Shown here in pieces: positions 24,191 through 36,164 of a stretch of DNA of 48,768 bases; positions within the stretch are counted from its first letter, which is position 1, and every line of letters starts with the position of its first letter. Source of the stretch: Octopus bimaculoides (Eukaryota); contig NC_068989.1 in assembly GCF_001194135.2 (NCBI RefSeq), positions 78,613,820 to 78,662,587 on the forward strand, written 5' to 3'. Position numbers and translations under genes: made by a program. The notes under the pieces are model-generated. The model was not told the DNA's origin. It did no database searches and saw nothing but the letters and a program-made list of their open reading frames with translations.

Positions 24191-24256
24191 TCACTGCCTG
24201 GAATCGAACTCGGAATCTTGGGGTTAGTATCCTGCGCTCTTAACCATTACGCCATG
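23992..24256 (-). mobile_element. tRNA-headed SINE-like unit: tRNA-like head + (AAT)n + Penelope-pLTR-like 3' part
   Basis: Minus-strand head catggcgtaatggttaagagcgcaggatactaaccccaagattccgagttcgattccaggc (A box TGGCGTAATGG, B box GTTCGATTC), then (AAT)n, then a segment containing a hammerhead motif. Confidence 0.7.
24041..24088 (-). ncRNA. Minimal type I hammerhead ribozyme motif
   Basis: UGACAC-CUGAUGA-A-AGCUG-GAGGGCAUAU-CAGCC-GAAAC-GUU-GUGUUG: core boxes present; stem I 6 bp (2 GU); stem II 4 bp plus an A-C mismatch; palindromic ACGU stem III. Confidence 0.65.
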
Positions 24257-25182
24257 TTTTTTTCTGTTTGACGTAACAACATGTAGCATCTGCCAGTTAC
24301 ATGTTATATCTAGACTACCTGCCTACACAGTTTACTTAAATTTTCTAAAGCATACAACGCTAACCGATTCAAACAGCTACCTGCCATACCCAAAGACAGC
24401 TAGGATTTTGGTTGTTTCATTCATGCGTGGGTGTTGTTACAATGTCTACTATAAGGGAGGTAATAGCAGTTAGCTAGGTATACGTTTCTGATCACGTTGG
24501 GGTACTTGTGATGCTATTATTGATAATGTACGCTTTCATACGAGCTTGCCTTTGAAATTCTAGTGTGCTTTTGTTTTTTTTTTGTTTTCTTGCATGTGTT
24601 CGTGCATGCATGTGTTCGTGCATGCGTGTGTTTGTGCATGCATGTGTTCGTGCATGCATGTATATTTATCTGCGTGCATACTGTGTGTATATGCGTGCAT
24701 GAATGTGTTTATGTATATGTGCATGGGTTTTAAATCATACGTATTTATATATGCATAGAAGCATGCGTGTGAATTCCATTGATTTATATTGGTGTGTTTC
24801 TGTATGTGAATACGTATAGGCAAATATCTGTGGATATACTCGTACTATATTTATCTACGTTTATGTACCATCGTGTTTGTACGAGCTGGAAAGCATACAT
24901 TAACGGGTACTGTATATATTTTTCTATATGTCTGCTTGTGTGGGCGTCAGCATGTGTACATGCTATAGTTTTTGTTGTTGTTTTTGTTTCATTCTTTAAG
25001 ATGCTGAATAAAACGTGATTTTCCTCTAATACATTTCTTACATGTATTTTTCTTTGTGTATGTTCGTTTGTCTTTGCGTTCGTGTATATGTGTACATGTG
25101 TTTTTGTACGAGTGCGTGCCTCACTGCGTGAGACCACCTAAATTTATATATGCAAACGCATTGGTAAGTGTATATCATGTAC

Positions 25183-25680
25183 ATAGTACAATATACAGGA
25201 CTAGAGATAGCACAAGCCGGACTAAAGATAGTACACGCCGAGTTAAAGATGATTCAGTATGTTCGATTACAGATAGAACAATATACCAGATTAAAGATAG
25301 TACAATATGCCGGACTAAAGGTAGTGAACAATGCCAGATTAAAAGTGTACGACATGCCACATTAAAGGGGTACAATTTGCCGGATTAGATATGTTCCAAT
25401 ATACCGGATTAAATATGCTCTAATTTGCCGGATTAAATATTGTACAATATGCTGGACTAAAGATATTGTCATATGCCGGATTGAAAATTGTCTAATATGC
25501 CGAATTAAAAACGTTCTAATATGCCCGATCACAGATGGCTCAATATGCCGATTAAAGGTGGTAAAATATGCCGGATTAAAGACGAATTAAATATAGCAGA
25601 ATATGCCGGATTAAAGATAGTACAATGTGACAGACTAAAAACGGTTCAATATGCTGGACTAAATATAAAACAATATGACC
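25183..25680 (+). repeat. Degenerate 24-bp minisatellite (~ATAGTACAATATGCCGGATTAAAG), about 20 units
   Basis: aatatgccggattaaa recurs at ~24-nt spacing; the consensus reads IVQYAGLK in one frame. Confidence 0.92.
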
Positions 25681-25956
25681 TTTGATAGGTTTTGAGTTCA
25701 AATTTCATAGTGCTTAACAGTGACTTTGATCAATAACCCATAGCCGCCAGATCGATAGACAATTAATGACGTTTATTAAAAGAAAAATAATAAATATAGT
25801 AGTGTAGACGTTACGTTAAAAGTTTAGTTCCTCCAAACGCATGATTCGGAGTTCGATTATTTTTTACGGCACTATGGGTAAATATTTGATCAATACCTTG
25901 CGAAGCGTTTCCACACATTTACGCCCCCATAATGTGAGTATGTGTGTGTCTATGCT

Positions 25957-26015
<59 letters not shown>

Positions 26016-26971
26016 NNNNNNNNNNNNNNNNNNNNNNNNNNNNNNNNNNNNNNNNNNNNNNNNNNNNNNNNNNNNNNNNNNNNNNNNNNNNNNNNNNNNN
26101 NNNNNNNNNNNNNNNNNNNNNNNNNNNNNNNNNNNNNNNNNNNNNNNNNNNNNNNNNNNNNNNNNNNNNNNNNNNNNNNNNNNNNNNNNNNNNNNNNNNN
26201 NNNNNNNNNNNNNNNNNNNNNNNNNNNNNNNNNNNNNNNNNNNNNNNNNNNNNNNNNNNNNNNNNNNNNNNNNNNNNNNNNNNNNNNNNNNNNNNNNNNN
26301 NNNNNNNNNNNNNNNNNNNNNNNNNNNNNNNNNNNNNNNNNNNNNNNNNNNNNNNNNNNNNNNNNNNNNNNNNNNNNNNNNNNNNNNNNNNNNNNNNNNN
26401 NNNNNNNNNNNNNNNNNNNNNNNNNNNNNNNNNNNNNNNNNNNNNNNNNNNNNNNNNNNNNNNNNNNNNNNNNNNNNNNNNNNNNNNNNNNNNNNNNNNN
26501 NNNNNNNNNNNNNNNNNNNNNNNNNNNNNNNNNNNNNNNNNNNNNNNNNNNNNNNNNNNNNNNNNNNNNNNNNNNNNNNNNNNNNNNNNNNNNNNNNNNN
26601 NNNNNNNNNNNNNNNNNNNNNNNNNNNNNNNNNNNNNNNNNNNNNNNNNNNNNNNNNNNNNNNNNNNNNNNNNNNNNNNNNNNNNNNNNNNNNNNNNNNN
26701 NNNNNNNNNNNNNNNNNNNNNNNNNNNNNNNNNNNNNNNNNNNNNNNNNNNNNNNNNNNNNNNNNNNNNNNNNNNNNNNNNNNNNNNNNNNNNNNNNNNN
26801 NNNNNNNNNNNNNNNNNNNNNNNNNNNNNNNNNNNNNNNNNNNNNNNNNNNNNNNNNNNNNNNNNNNNNNNNNNNNNNNNNNNNNNNNNNNNNNNNNNNN
26901 NNNNNNNNNNNNNNNNNNNNNNNNNNNNNNNNNNNNNNNNNNNNNNNNNNNNNNNNNNNNNNNNNNNNNNN
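26016..26971. other. Assembly gap (956 N)
   Basis: N-run within (GT)n. Confidence 1.
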
Positions 26972-28391
26972 GTGTGTGTGTGTGTGTGTGTGCATTATCC
27001 ACACACACATGCACGTGTGTATGTGTTTCTTTTAATGAATGAAATGTCGTATTAATTTGAGTATCGTCACTGAGACATATATTAATCGTACCTCATACTA
27101 TATATATATGTAGTGGTGGGGGGGGGGTTAATTTTATAATATCGTTATGAGTTAATAAATCACCCTTGTCAGTAGGATGTCGCTCTTTCAGCCCCGTCAA
27201 TCTGTCGCGCCGTCACCCTCTCTCCTTGCCCAGTGCGTAGACTTCAACATAATCTCTTTATCGGGAACATCATCATCACTAAGATCAATTTGGAGTGAAG
27301 GTAGTAGTAATAGTAGTGTTGATAGTAGTGGTTGTGGTGGTAGTCCTTGCCAATAGAAGTTATTATTGGTTGTTGGAGAGGTGTTAGCTTTGTATGGAAC
27401 ATTTGCTTCGTTTGTATCGAGTAATATGTGTGTGTGAGCGTGTGTGTGCGTTTGTGTGTGTGTGTAACCTATACAGTAGATTTATAATCAAGTAAAATTT
27501 AACTATTTCGCCGAAGATCGAATTAATTACGCAAAGCATTAAGGATTATCGAACTTTATTGGGTTCTCATTAGCGGTGTCTACATCAATTTGAGGAACTC
27601 CAGAGAAACAAGAAGCCAATATGTTTATGAACTTTAAAAAATCCAATAGCTACAAACAACAATTGAAGCTGTTAGTTTGCTTACCGTAATTGTGTAACAC
27701 TTTATTTAATATCAGGGGTCTCCCAGCGGGAATCTCAGACATACATTGCCAATGTATGATATATGTAACCTCCGCAGTCATCATATCATACCATATACCC
27801 AAGTCTATTCCCTATTGTTTTAGGAGTGGGTAGCCACAGTAAGGCACACACTAGGCATTCCATTCATTTCCCAGCTCATTTTGTCCTGGGAATGACTAGA
27901 AACTATATCCGGTAGTGGGACGCTGGGGCCCTGGTTTCGGGGTTTTAGGGGTGTGGAACCACCTCTTAGCCACTATTGTTCCCAGGTCTACTCTGGCCCG
28001 GAGTGGTAGCACCTGTTATGATCCCATCTACGGGTTAACTAGCAAACACCACTGCGACTGGAGAGCGGGGGAAATGGTAGAATGCAGTCACCGTATTCCC
28101 TGCGTGACGTGAGAGGCAACTAAAAGGGGCAGGAGCGAGGGGATTGGGAATCCTCTCCCCCTATTTAATCCATATTCTTAAAAAGGCAGCAAGAAAAAGA
28201 CAACCTCCGCAGTAAATATATAAAAAGGAAAAATGTAACTATTTCCCAGTTATATAATGAGTAGACTGAAACGATTTTCGAAACCTATTGAATTCTCATC
28301 TGAGGTGTTAACATCAATTTAACTATTCCCAGAGAAACAAGGAGCCAATTTGTTTAAATATTCAACAATTCCAGTACATACATATGCATAA

Positions 28392-28479
<88 letters not shown>

Positions 28480-28769
28480 TTAGGGAAAATAACCAATTCT
28501 CAAGAACTCATCGATGAATATCCACTATCACATATAGAAAAATTAATAATTAAAAGCACAATAAATGAGTATAATATAAAGTAAAGTAAATATCATAAGA
28601 TAAATATAGTAAAAAGATTACACGTGTTTCATAACCAATTTTCAAATAGAAAAGAAATTTAAATCGATTAAAATCAATTGAAATTATCGAAAATAAGTTC
28701 TATATATATATTTATTTATATATATATACATATATATATATATTTACATTTTTAGCTCTATATTTTTCT

Positions 28770-28915
28770 TCCTCTTCCTCTCTCTCTCGCTCTCTCTCTA
28801 TCTCTCGTTCTCATTTTCTCTCTCTCTTATACAATTGGCTAAAGACAATAAGGTGGCGTCCTGTATAAAAAGAAAACAGCCGGAAGAAACTAACAGGGCA
28901 CTACTTGTGCAGTCT
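28770..28915 (+). promoter_or_regulatory. Possible core promoter: (CT)n tract, reverse CCAAT, TATA box
   Basis: ATTGG at 28834-28838 and TATAAAAA at 28864-28871 in non-repetitive sequence; motif evidence only. Confidence 0.25.
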
Positions 28916-29199
28916 TCTAAGAAAATTCTATGACGGGGTATAGAGTTTGTAGTGGAAAATGCCAGGAAGCAACCTTCATCTACCTGCCGGTACAAAAGAT
29001 GGAGTTCGAAAAGTGAAGGAAACAGATTGAACGATTAATAAATTGGACATTTCTTATCTTGGTGAAGTGATCGTGGCTCAGAACTTGCCAGTAGTTGGTA
29101 GTTGACAGATGTACACAATCTGTGTTTCGCACAAAATATTTCTGTTCACAGAAAGAAGTGGGATCAGTTAAACTGGTTAAAAAACAAATTGTTTATTTC

Positions 29200-29253
<54 letters not shown>

Positions 29254-29408
29254 TGTGTATTTCTTCTATCTTAATGAATAAAAATTCTTCTGATAGAATA
29301 AATGGGTTAATAGAAACCAATGTAGCAAAGAACACAAAATAACTGTGGTTAGCTCCTGTTTTTAAGGCAGGAACCCCTTGAAATTTTGGGTGTTTTCTCC
29401 AATCCTTA

Positions 29409-29497
29409 NNNNNNNNNNNNNNNNNNNNNNNNNNNNNNNNNNNNNNNNNNNNNNNNNNNNNNNNNNNNNNNNNNNNNNNNNNNNNNNNNNNNNNNNN
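29409..29497. other. Assembly gap (89 N)
   Basis: N-run before (TA)n. Confidence 1.
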
Positions 29498-31504
29498 TAT
29501 ATATATATATATATATATATATTAGTGCTGCTAAAATCTAAGAATCAACTCGGGTGCCCTTCTATTCTCTCCATTCTTGTTAATAGTATTCCATACACTT
29601 GGTGAAGCTATAAAATTCTTGGCAGAAGACCTCGTTAGGAAATTGTCAAACCACAGTTGTTAACGGATGGCAATTTGTCCCTGTTTCACCATCATCTGAT
29701 TCTCAGCAATCCTATGGTTATCATTTTGGGGTACTTCTTGTTTTTACTGTGGCGATAACAGCATTCATAAAAGCAAGCAATGATGGTTGTACCAAGTGTT
29801 CTCCGATCTTTATTACCCCTGAAAGAGCTTCTTTCACTCCTCAATACCAACATCACAGCTATCACAAAGGGAAGTGGAGAAATGATACATCACATGATGA
29901 GGCCCCTCTCTAGTCCCTGTCAGTCGTTCAGGAAGTTTTTGGTCATAACCCGCATGACTACTGATCAAAGATAGCGCACAAAACACACCTTCACACGCTA
30001 GAATGCAAAATGTGTTTCATGCTTTATGTATGAGCACGTGGTTCCGCTATTCATTATCATTATGCTTGATATTGTTTTTGTTATTTTAATTATTACTGTT
30101 ATTGTCTTCGCCTTTTAAAAACATAAAATGCATGCCAGTTTTTTCCTTTTTCCTTCTTTCGTTCATGAACAACAATCACCATCACTATCATCATCACTAC
30201 TATGAACATTACTTCCTCCACCACCATAATAAATCTACTACTGTTGACGTCACACATTTTATTCCCCACCACTTCCATCTTCGTAACATTTCACTTTTCA
30301 ATCGACATTTATCAATGAAATTTAATTAATATTTGTTTCTTCATTAACCATTAATTTTCAGTCAAGTCTTCATCACTATTCATGTCAACGATTTCGTTCA
30401 AATCACAGTCCCTGAGCGAAAGAAACCCTCTTTAAAAAGAATAGTTAATAAAATCGAAATATTGAAAGAGTTTCATAGAAAAGTGAGAATTATTATTTAT
30501 GAGGGTGTGTTTTGAAAAATGAAAGAAAATATTAATGATACTGAAAAGAAATAATTATGTATTGCTTGAATTAAACACAAATGTTATGTATAGAAAATGA
30601 AGTCATGTAAATATATGTATGAAATCGTCTATCATACATTTAACTTAGTCGTCTGTTTGCAAATGGCCGTCTGTAGTGTGTGTGGATGTAATAGATGGTT
30701 CCAGCATATTTTGTTGAACGGTCAGCACCGAGACATACATAGAATGACACTGTACATTTAAAGACATTAAACAATGAAATATAATTTCAAAAGAAACACA
30801 TTTTAATAGATCCTGATTGAGAAAGAATGAGATCGGACTTGAAATGAAAGACATTATTATTTATAAGGTTATCTTTTGAAAACGAACTAAAATATTAATA
30901 AATTGTGAAGAGGAAGGTGTAATTATTTTGAATGGAATTGACTCGAAGAGAAAGGGGAATCGAATCATTAAAATAATTTATGGTTGTGAAGAGCATTAGG
31001 AAGGGAGATATTTGCGAAGATAGGGAGAGCTGGAGAGAGCTGGAAAGAGGTGGTGTCAGACGGTGTATTTTGAAGAGTGACTTTTTCTGCAATTTCAGCG
31101 GGGAAATAACGCCAGTTCATTTCATTTCTTCGCATGCGAGGTACAAACGAAGTGAAGGCGAGATACACAACACATAATTTTGATTAATTTTAATTAATTA
31201 AGAGATAAAGTTAGGGAGAGGTAGAAATGCATTTACAAAAGAAGAAATAGACTAACAAAAACAGGATGCTGGAAATATAAATTAATAAAAACAATGGTAA
31301 TGTGTACATCTCCGTGGATGTATGTGTTCCTGTGATTGTGCGTGTGTGATTTCGAGGACAATCACACCGCACACATCAACTTAGGCAGGTTTCTTCAATA
31401 TGTAGACACGTACCAACCCAAAATTTGCTTGCAAACTTATATCAAGGCAAACTTATATCAAGGCAAACTGTGAGGACGTCTATCAAATAAACTGTACCTT
31501 TCTG

Positions 31505-31650
31505 TGACAGAGTCAGCCCCAATAGACCAGCTCTTTGGGCCTGCTCTTCCCTCATGTCAATTCCAATTTCTCTGGAATATTTCTCGAACCGAGTTGTTAG
31601 TGCTCCAAGTACCCCTAAAACTATTGGGATAATAATTACTCTCCTCGTTG
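31505..31650 (-). pseudogene. R4/Dong-like non-LTR retrotransposon C-terminal fragment
   Basis: Minus strand translates RVIIIPIVLGVLGALTTRFEKYSREIGIDMREEQAQRAGLLG, homologous to the 32601-32894 fragment. Confidence 0.7.
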
Positions 31651-31734
31651 CTTACATTCTTGCAGTTTCTTCATCTTCTTCTTCTTCTTCTTCTTCTACT
31701 TCTTCTTCTTCTCATTGTTATTATTTTTATTGAC

Positions 31735-32237
31735 TGAGAGAGCGGTGGATGCCATCAAAGTGACACTGGGATAAAACATATGAAGCCCAGTCTGATAAGG
31801 GTAGATTAGGCACATGCATCACAACCATATGTGCGCGACATGTTGATCGCATATCAATATAAACAGCGCATGACCTTGCACGCGGTGCCCATTAAGAAAT
31901 TTCTCCACGTCAAGTAGCCCATCCAGCTCAAAATGTCCCTCAATAAGGTTTGTTTAAGGAGGTTGAATGAAACAACCGTTTCTAGAGGTGATTTATTCAA
32001 ACCCCAAAGAATTCCTTTCAACATATGGCTATGATGCTTCCCCAATACTTCTGCTCGTGATCAGAGACGCACATATCGTCAGCTACCAAGGGATATGATT
32101 AACTGGTTAAGGTCAAACAACTGACAAGCAAATCCGTGGAATTGAGCAGAATATTTACTATAGCCCATCTTTTATATTACTTCCAGTTAGTTAAGATCAG
32201 AAGCCATGAGAGCCAGTGCCTGGTGCTACATCAGGGC
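31735..32237. mobile_element. Unclassified ~500-bp insert bounded by (ATT)n on both sides
   Basis: GC-richer block starting after attgttattatttttatt and ending before a long (ATT)n; no protein motif recognised. Confidence 0.35.
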
Positions 32238-32238
32238 A

Positions 32239-32283
<45 letters not shown>

Positions 32284-32295
32284 GTTGTTGTTGTC

Positions 32296-32517
32296 CGCGG
32301 CGAGTCAGTGAAATTGTTAGCACGACGGGCGCAATGCTTAGCGGCATTTCGTCCGTCTTTACGTTCTGAGTTCAAATTCCGCTAAGGTCGACTTTGCTTT
32401 TCATCCTTTCGGGATCGATAAATTAAGTACCAGGGAAACATTGGTGTCGATGTAATCGACTAGTCCCTTCTCCAAAAATGACAGGCCTTGTGCCTTTAGT
32501 AGAAAGGATTATTATCA
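32296..32517 (+). mobile_element. SINE family B monomer
   Basis: cggcgagtcagtgaaattgttagcacgacgggc...ttctgagttcaaattccgc...tagtagaaaggattattat. Confidence 0.88.
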
Positions 32518-32900
32518 TTTACTGTCTTTGCACAGCTTCTGATGCCGGAGATGTACTACAGTGCCAGCCGTTCACTACCAGTGAACTAAGGTAACACCAC
32601 TTATTTTTCGAGCACCATCCAGAGTATTCGAGCAGTTCGAAGCAGTGCTGTTTTAGGCAAGTGCTCCACCCTTATTGCAGTCCCTATTTGTTCCATGTAC
32701 TTCTCAAGATTTTTACTCACTGTTCCCAGGGCTCCGACAATTATTGGTACTACTACCACCTTTTTGATCAACCACAACCGTTTAACTTCCCACGCTAACC
32801 TGTCATGTCTATCGACTTTTCTTTATTCCTAATCGCATACCTTGTTGTCAGATGGGCATGCTATATCTATGATCCAGTATCGTTTGCTTTCTTTATCACT
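32515..32900 (-). mobile_element. 5'-truncated R4/Dong-like LINE (restriction-like endonuclease C-terminus + 3' UTR)
   Basis: 32894-32601 translates KESKRYWIIDIACPSDNKVCD*E*RKVDRHDRLAWEVKRLWLIKKVVVVPIIVGALGTVSKNLEKYMEQIGTAIRVEHLPKTALLRTARILWMVLEK*, the typical end of an REL-endonuclease LINE; both flanks are ATT/TAA repeats. Confidence 0.88.
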
Positions 32901-32936
32901 ATTATTATTATTATTATTATTATTATTGTTGTTATT

Positions 32937-33085
32937 GAGTTCAAAATCCGCCGAGGTTGACTTTGCCTTTCATCCTTTCGGAGTCAATAAATTAACCGCC
33001 AGTCAAGTACTGGGATCGATGTGATCGACTATACTCCTGCCCACAAATTCTAAGCATTGTTCCTATAGTAGAAAGGATTATTATT
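32937..33085 (+). mobile_element. SINE family B, 5'-truncated
   Basis: gagttcaaaatccgccgaggttgactttgcctttcatcctttcgg...tagtagaaaggattattattatc. Confidence 0.85.
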
Positions 33086-33747
33086 ATCATCATTATTAGC
33101 AGCAACAGCATCATGAAGATGTATGTCCATATAATTAAATACAGTGATTACAACTCTACCACTACACTGTGGAACGACCATGTAGAGAGTGTTTTCCTCG
33201 TTTGTGCATCACCCCATAAGATGTTTGTCTAAATTACTCTAGCCAAATGAAATTATATGTCATTAGCGAATAAGAAATTATGATGGTTATTGCTTTATTT
33301 CTTCATTTCGTTTTAAACGCTTGTGGCGGGTATAGTGAAGCATCACCGAGTTGCTGAACCCATTTTAAAAATTACTTTATATTTGAACAAATTTTCTTCT
33401 TTATTTTTTCTTTTTCAAAATTAGATTTAAAATTGAAGTAATTTAAAATATTATGAAATTTGAGTTCAAATTCGCTGGTCCGTACTGTTTTATAATATTG
33501 GAATTACAAACAAATTTCGAACAAAATCAATACTCATAAAATTAGTGGCGAATTCCTGTTTGAAAAATCAGGTAAGTTCGCATTCAAGTGAGATAGCGCC
33601 TGATATCAGCCCACAACTGAAAGCATTTCATTCTAACAAAGGCCTCTATTAAATAAGTTCTTTCTGAAACTAATCCTCAACGCAGACTACCTTTTTGAAC
33701 TTTTTCCTGAAGTCATACCAACACAGTTCAAATATATATATATATAT

Positions 33748-34407
33748 NNNNNNNNNNNNNNNNNNNNNNNNNNNNNNNNNNNNNNNNNNNNNNNNNNNNN
33801 NNNNNNNNNNNNNNNNNNNNNNNNNNNNNNNNNNNNNNNNNNNNNNNNNNNNNNNNNNNNNNNNNNNNNNNNNNNNNNNNNNNNNNNNNNNNNNNNNNNN
33901 NNNNNNNNNNNNNNNNNNNNNNNNNNNNNNNNNNNNNNNNNNNNNNNNNNNNNNNNNNNNNNNNNNNNNNNNNNNNNNNNNNNNNNNNNNNNNNNNNNNN
34001 NNNNNNNNNNNNNNNNNNNNNNNNNNNNNNNNNNNNNNNNNNNNNNNNNNNNNNNNNNNNNNNNNNNNNNNNNNNNNNNNNNNNNNNNNNNNNNNNNNNN
34101 NNNNNNNNNNNNNNNNNNNNNNNNNNNNNNNNNNNNNNNNNNNNNNNNNNNNNNNNNNNNNNNNNNNNNNNNNNNNNNNNNNNNNNNNNNNNNNNNNNNN
34201 NNNNNNNNNNNNNNNNNNNNNNNNNNNNNNNNNNNNNNNNNNNNNNNNNNNNNNNNNNNNNNNNNNNNNNNNNNNNNNNNNNNNNNNNNNNNNNNNNNNN
34301 NNNNNNNNNNNNNNNNNNNNNNNNNNNNNNNNNNNNNNNNNNNNNNNNNNNNNNNNNNNNNNNNNNNNNNNNNNNNNNNNNNNNNNNNNNNNNNNNNNNN
34401 NNNNNNN
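33748..34407. other. Assembly gap (660 N)
   Basis: N-run after (TA)n. Confidence 1.
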
Positions 34408-34462
34408 CAGAAGCAACACAATGACTCAAGGGCCGAGAGTTTTGTGTGTTAGCATACATATA

Positions 34463-34701
34463 CAGGGTGGCCCAAAAGTAGATTTACAGTTATTCAACTA
34501 TCTCTTTCGCATTCATATATTGACAGTTTAGATCTTAATTATAAAAGAATACGAAACCATTTATTCTATGCTAATTTAGTTAATTGTGTCAAGCTCCCTT
34601 TTCAGTTTGTAAGACAGAAAATTTAAATGTAATAAAATGCTTTAAAAGAAATTTAAAGTGCCTACGTGATAACTGTAAACATACTTTTGGGTCACATTTT
34701 G
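34463..34701. mobile_element. Tc1/mariner-type MITE (~240 bp)
   Basis: TIRs CAGGGTGGCCCAAAAGTAGATTTACAGTT versus CAAAATGTGACCCAAAAGTATGTTTACAGTT (reverse complement of the right end); TA at 34461-34462 and 34702-34703. Confidence 0.75.
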
Positions 34702-35132
34702 TATATATATGGTGGGGTAAGTGTGTCTTTTCTAGTTTATGAAGACGTTAGGACCATAATATAACAACAATTTCAGCAATCTAATTAGTAGTAAAAGCTG
34801 GATAATACATGAAGTACACAATTCCTCTAATATATATAACAGCTCATGAAAAAGAAGCCTATAATCACACATTTACGTAATATTTTATATCAGTTGTGCA
34901 TTCCTTTATGGACACCGTAAAACCCAGCATTAATTTGCAACAGAATTTAAATGCTTGTTAAGAATAATAATACAATAAGCCACCGAATTTCGATTACATA
35001 AATATTTTAATGCTGGTTTCTTAACAATAACTTCATAGAAAATGTCTTTTTCCAATTGTTATTAGCGACACTTGCAAAGGGGTTTCAAATGCGGTGTTGA
35101 AATTGCATCGCTGAGAAAGAGTCTATAGAGAT

Positions 35133-35174
<42 letters not shown>

Positions 35175-36164
35175 ACGTTTCTCACTTTTAAATGGATATT
35201 CTGAAACATTTCGTAAGCGATATAATATACGAGGGTAGAAATTGTATAGTGCATATATGAGGGCAGAAATTGTATACTGCAGGATGGAATTGATATCCAA
35301 GCTAGAGCTGACTTTATCATTCATCCCATCATAATCGAGAAAAGACGTTCCAGTAACGGACAAATTTTACAATTGCGCCTGATTTTGTTCTCTTTCATTT
35401 CTTGGGTTTTTAGTTCATAGCAGAAGTTTGTATGCTATACGGCCTACTTGGGTATTTTTTCTCTAGCAAAATTCATTCGTCTCAAAGGTTGAAAGCAAAC
35501 TATTTCGTCCAGGAAGAAAGGAAGAGCAAGAATCATGTCGGTCTCGGTAAGATTTGAAAGCAGAACGCAGTAGAGCTGCAATCCACAAGGCTTATTTTAC
35601 TCGATGCGCTAACGACTCTTCCATATCGCCGCCATACATGCTTTCCAACCAATCTTAAATATCAATAATATTTGAAAGACTAAAGCAGGCCGTAGACAGT
35701 TTCAAATGTTATGGAATTCAAAATTGTTTCTCGTGTTCTCTTAAATAATTCAGACCAAAACTATATAAGTACACATATATAAAAACATACATATGCGCAT
35801 TTGTATCTGTCTGCTTTGGAAAAATATAAATACCCACACCTTCAAATTATCTGTTATTCATGTGCTAATTCCTGTAGCCCATAGTACATTATGTGGAAAA
35901 TAGGTGCAGTCAGACTGAGTGTGCTGGAGCAAATCACTATATTTAGTAAATAGTACATAGTATTTAAATCCATCTATCGATTAATGTACCGCACGTTCGC
36001 TCTTGCCGTAGAGAAAATTGTCGTACACGTGAGACAAGCAGGATAATATATCAAATGATGATACTACAGCTGCATATATTACTTGACATATTTTTCTGTA
36101 TCAGATTTTATTACATTCTTCAACAAAATTATTACATATTATAGGCGTTGACGTAGCTTACAGG

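Noticed and set aside
24196-24256. Functional tRNA gene
   Set aside because: A and B boxes are present but I could not build a proper acceptor stem, and the sequence runs into (AAT)n and repeat sequence; treated as a SINE head. The same applies to the heads at 20810-20863 and 19010-19068.
25183-25680. CRISPR-like array
   Set aside because: The units are contiguous degenerate tandem repeats with no unique spacers, there are no cas genes, and the context is eukaryotic.
28085-28140. HDV-like ribozyme in a GC-rich, RTE-5'-UTR-like segment (ccgtattccctgcgtgacgtgagaggcaactaaaagggg)
   Set aside because: The end resembles P4 plus J4/2 (CUAA) plus P2, but I could not build P1, P1.1 or P3. It would need an RNArobo or Infernal search on a family consensus.
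29590-29660. piggyBac transposase remnant (minus-strand LWFDNFLT...NTINKN)
   Set aside because: Only one short motif resembles the DN-containing catalytic segment; flanking frames, TIRs and TTAA sites do not support it.
33425-33571. Exon between a strong pyrimidine-AG acceptor and CAG|GTAAGT
   Set aside because: All three frames contain stops, so it is not coding; a non-coding exon cannot be judged from sequence alone.
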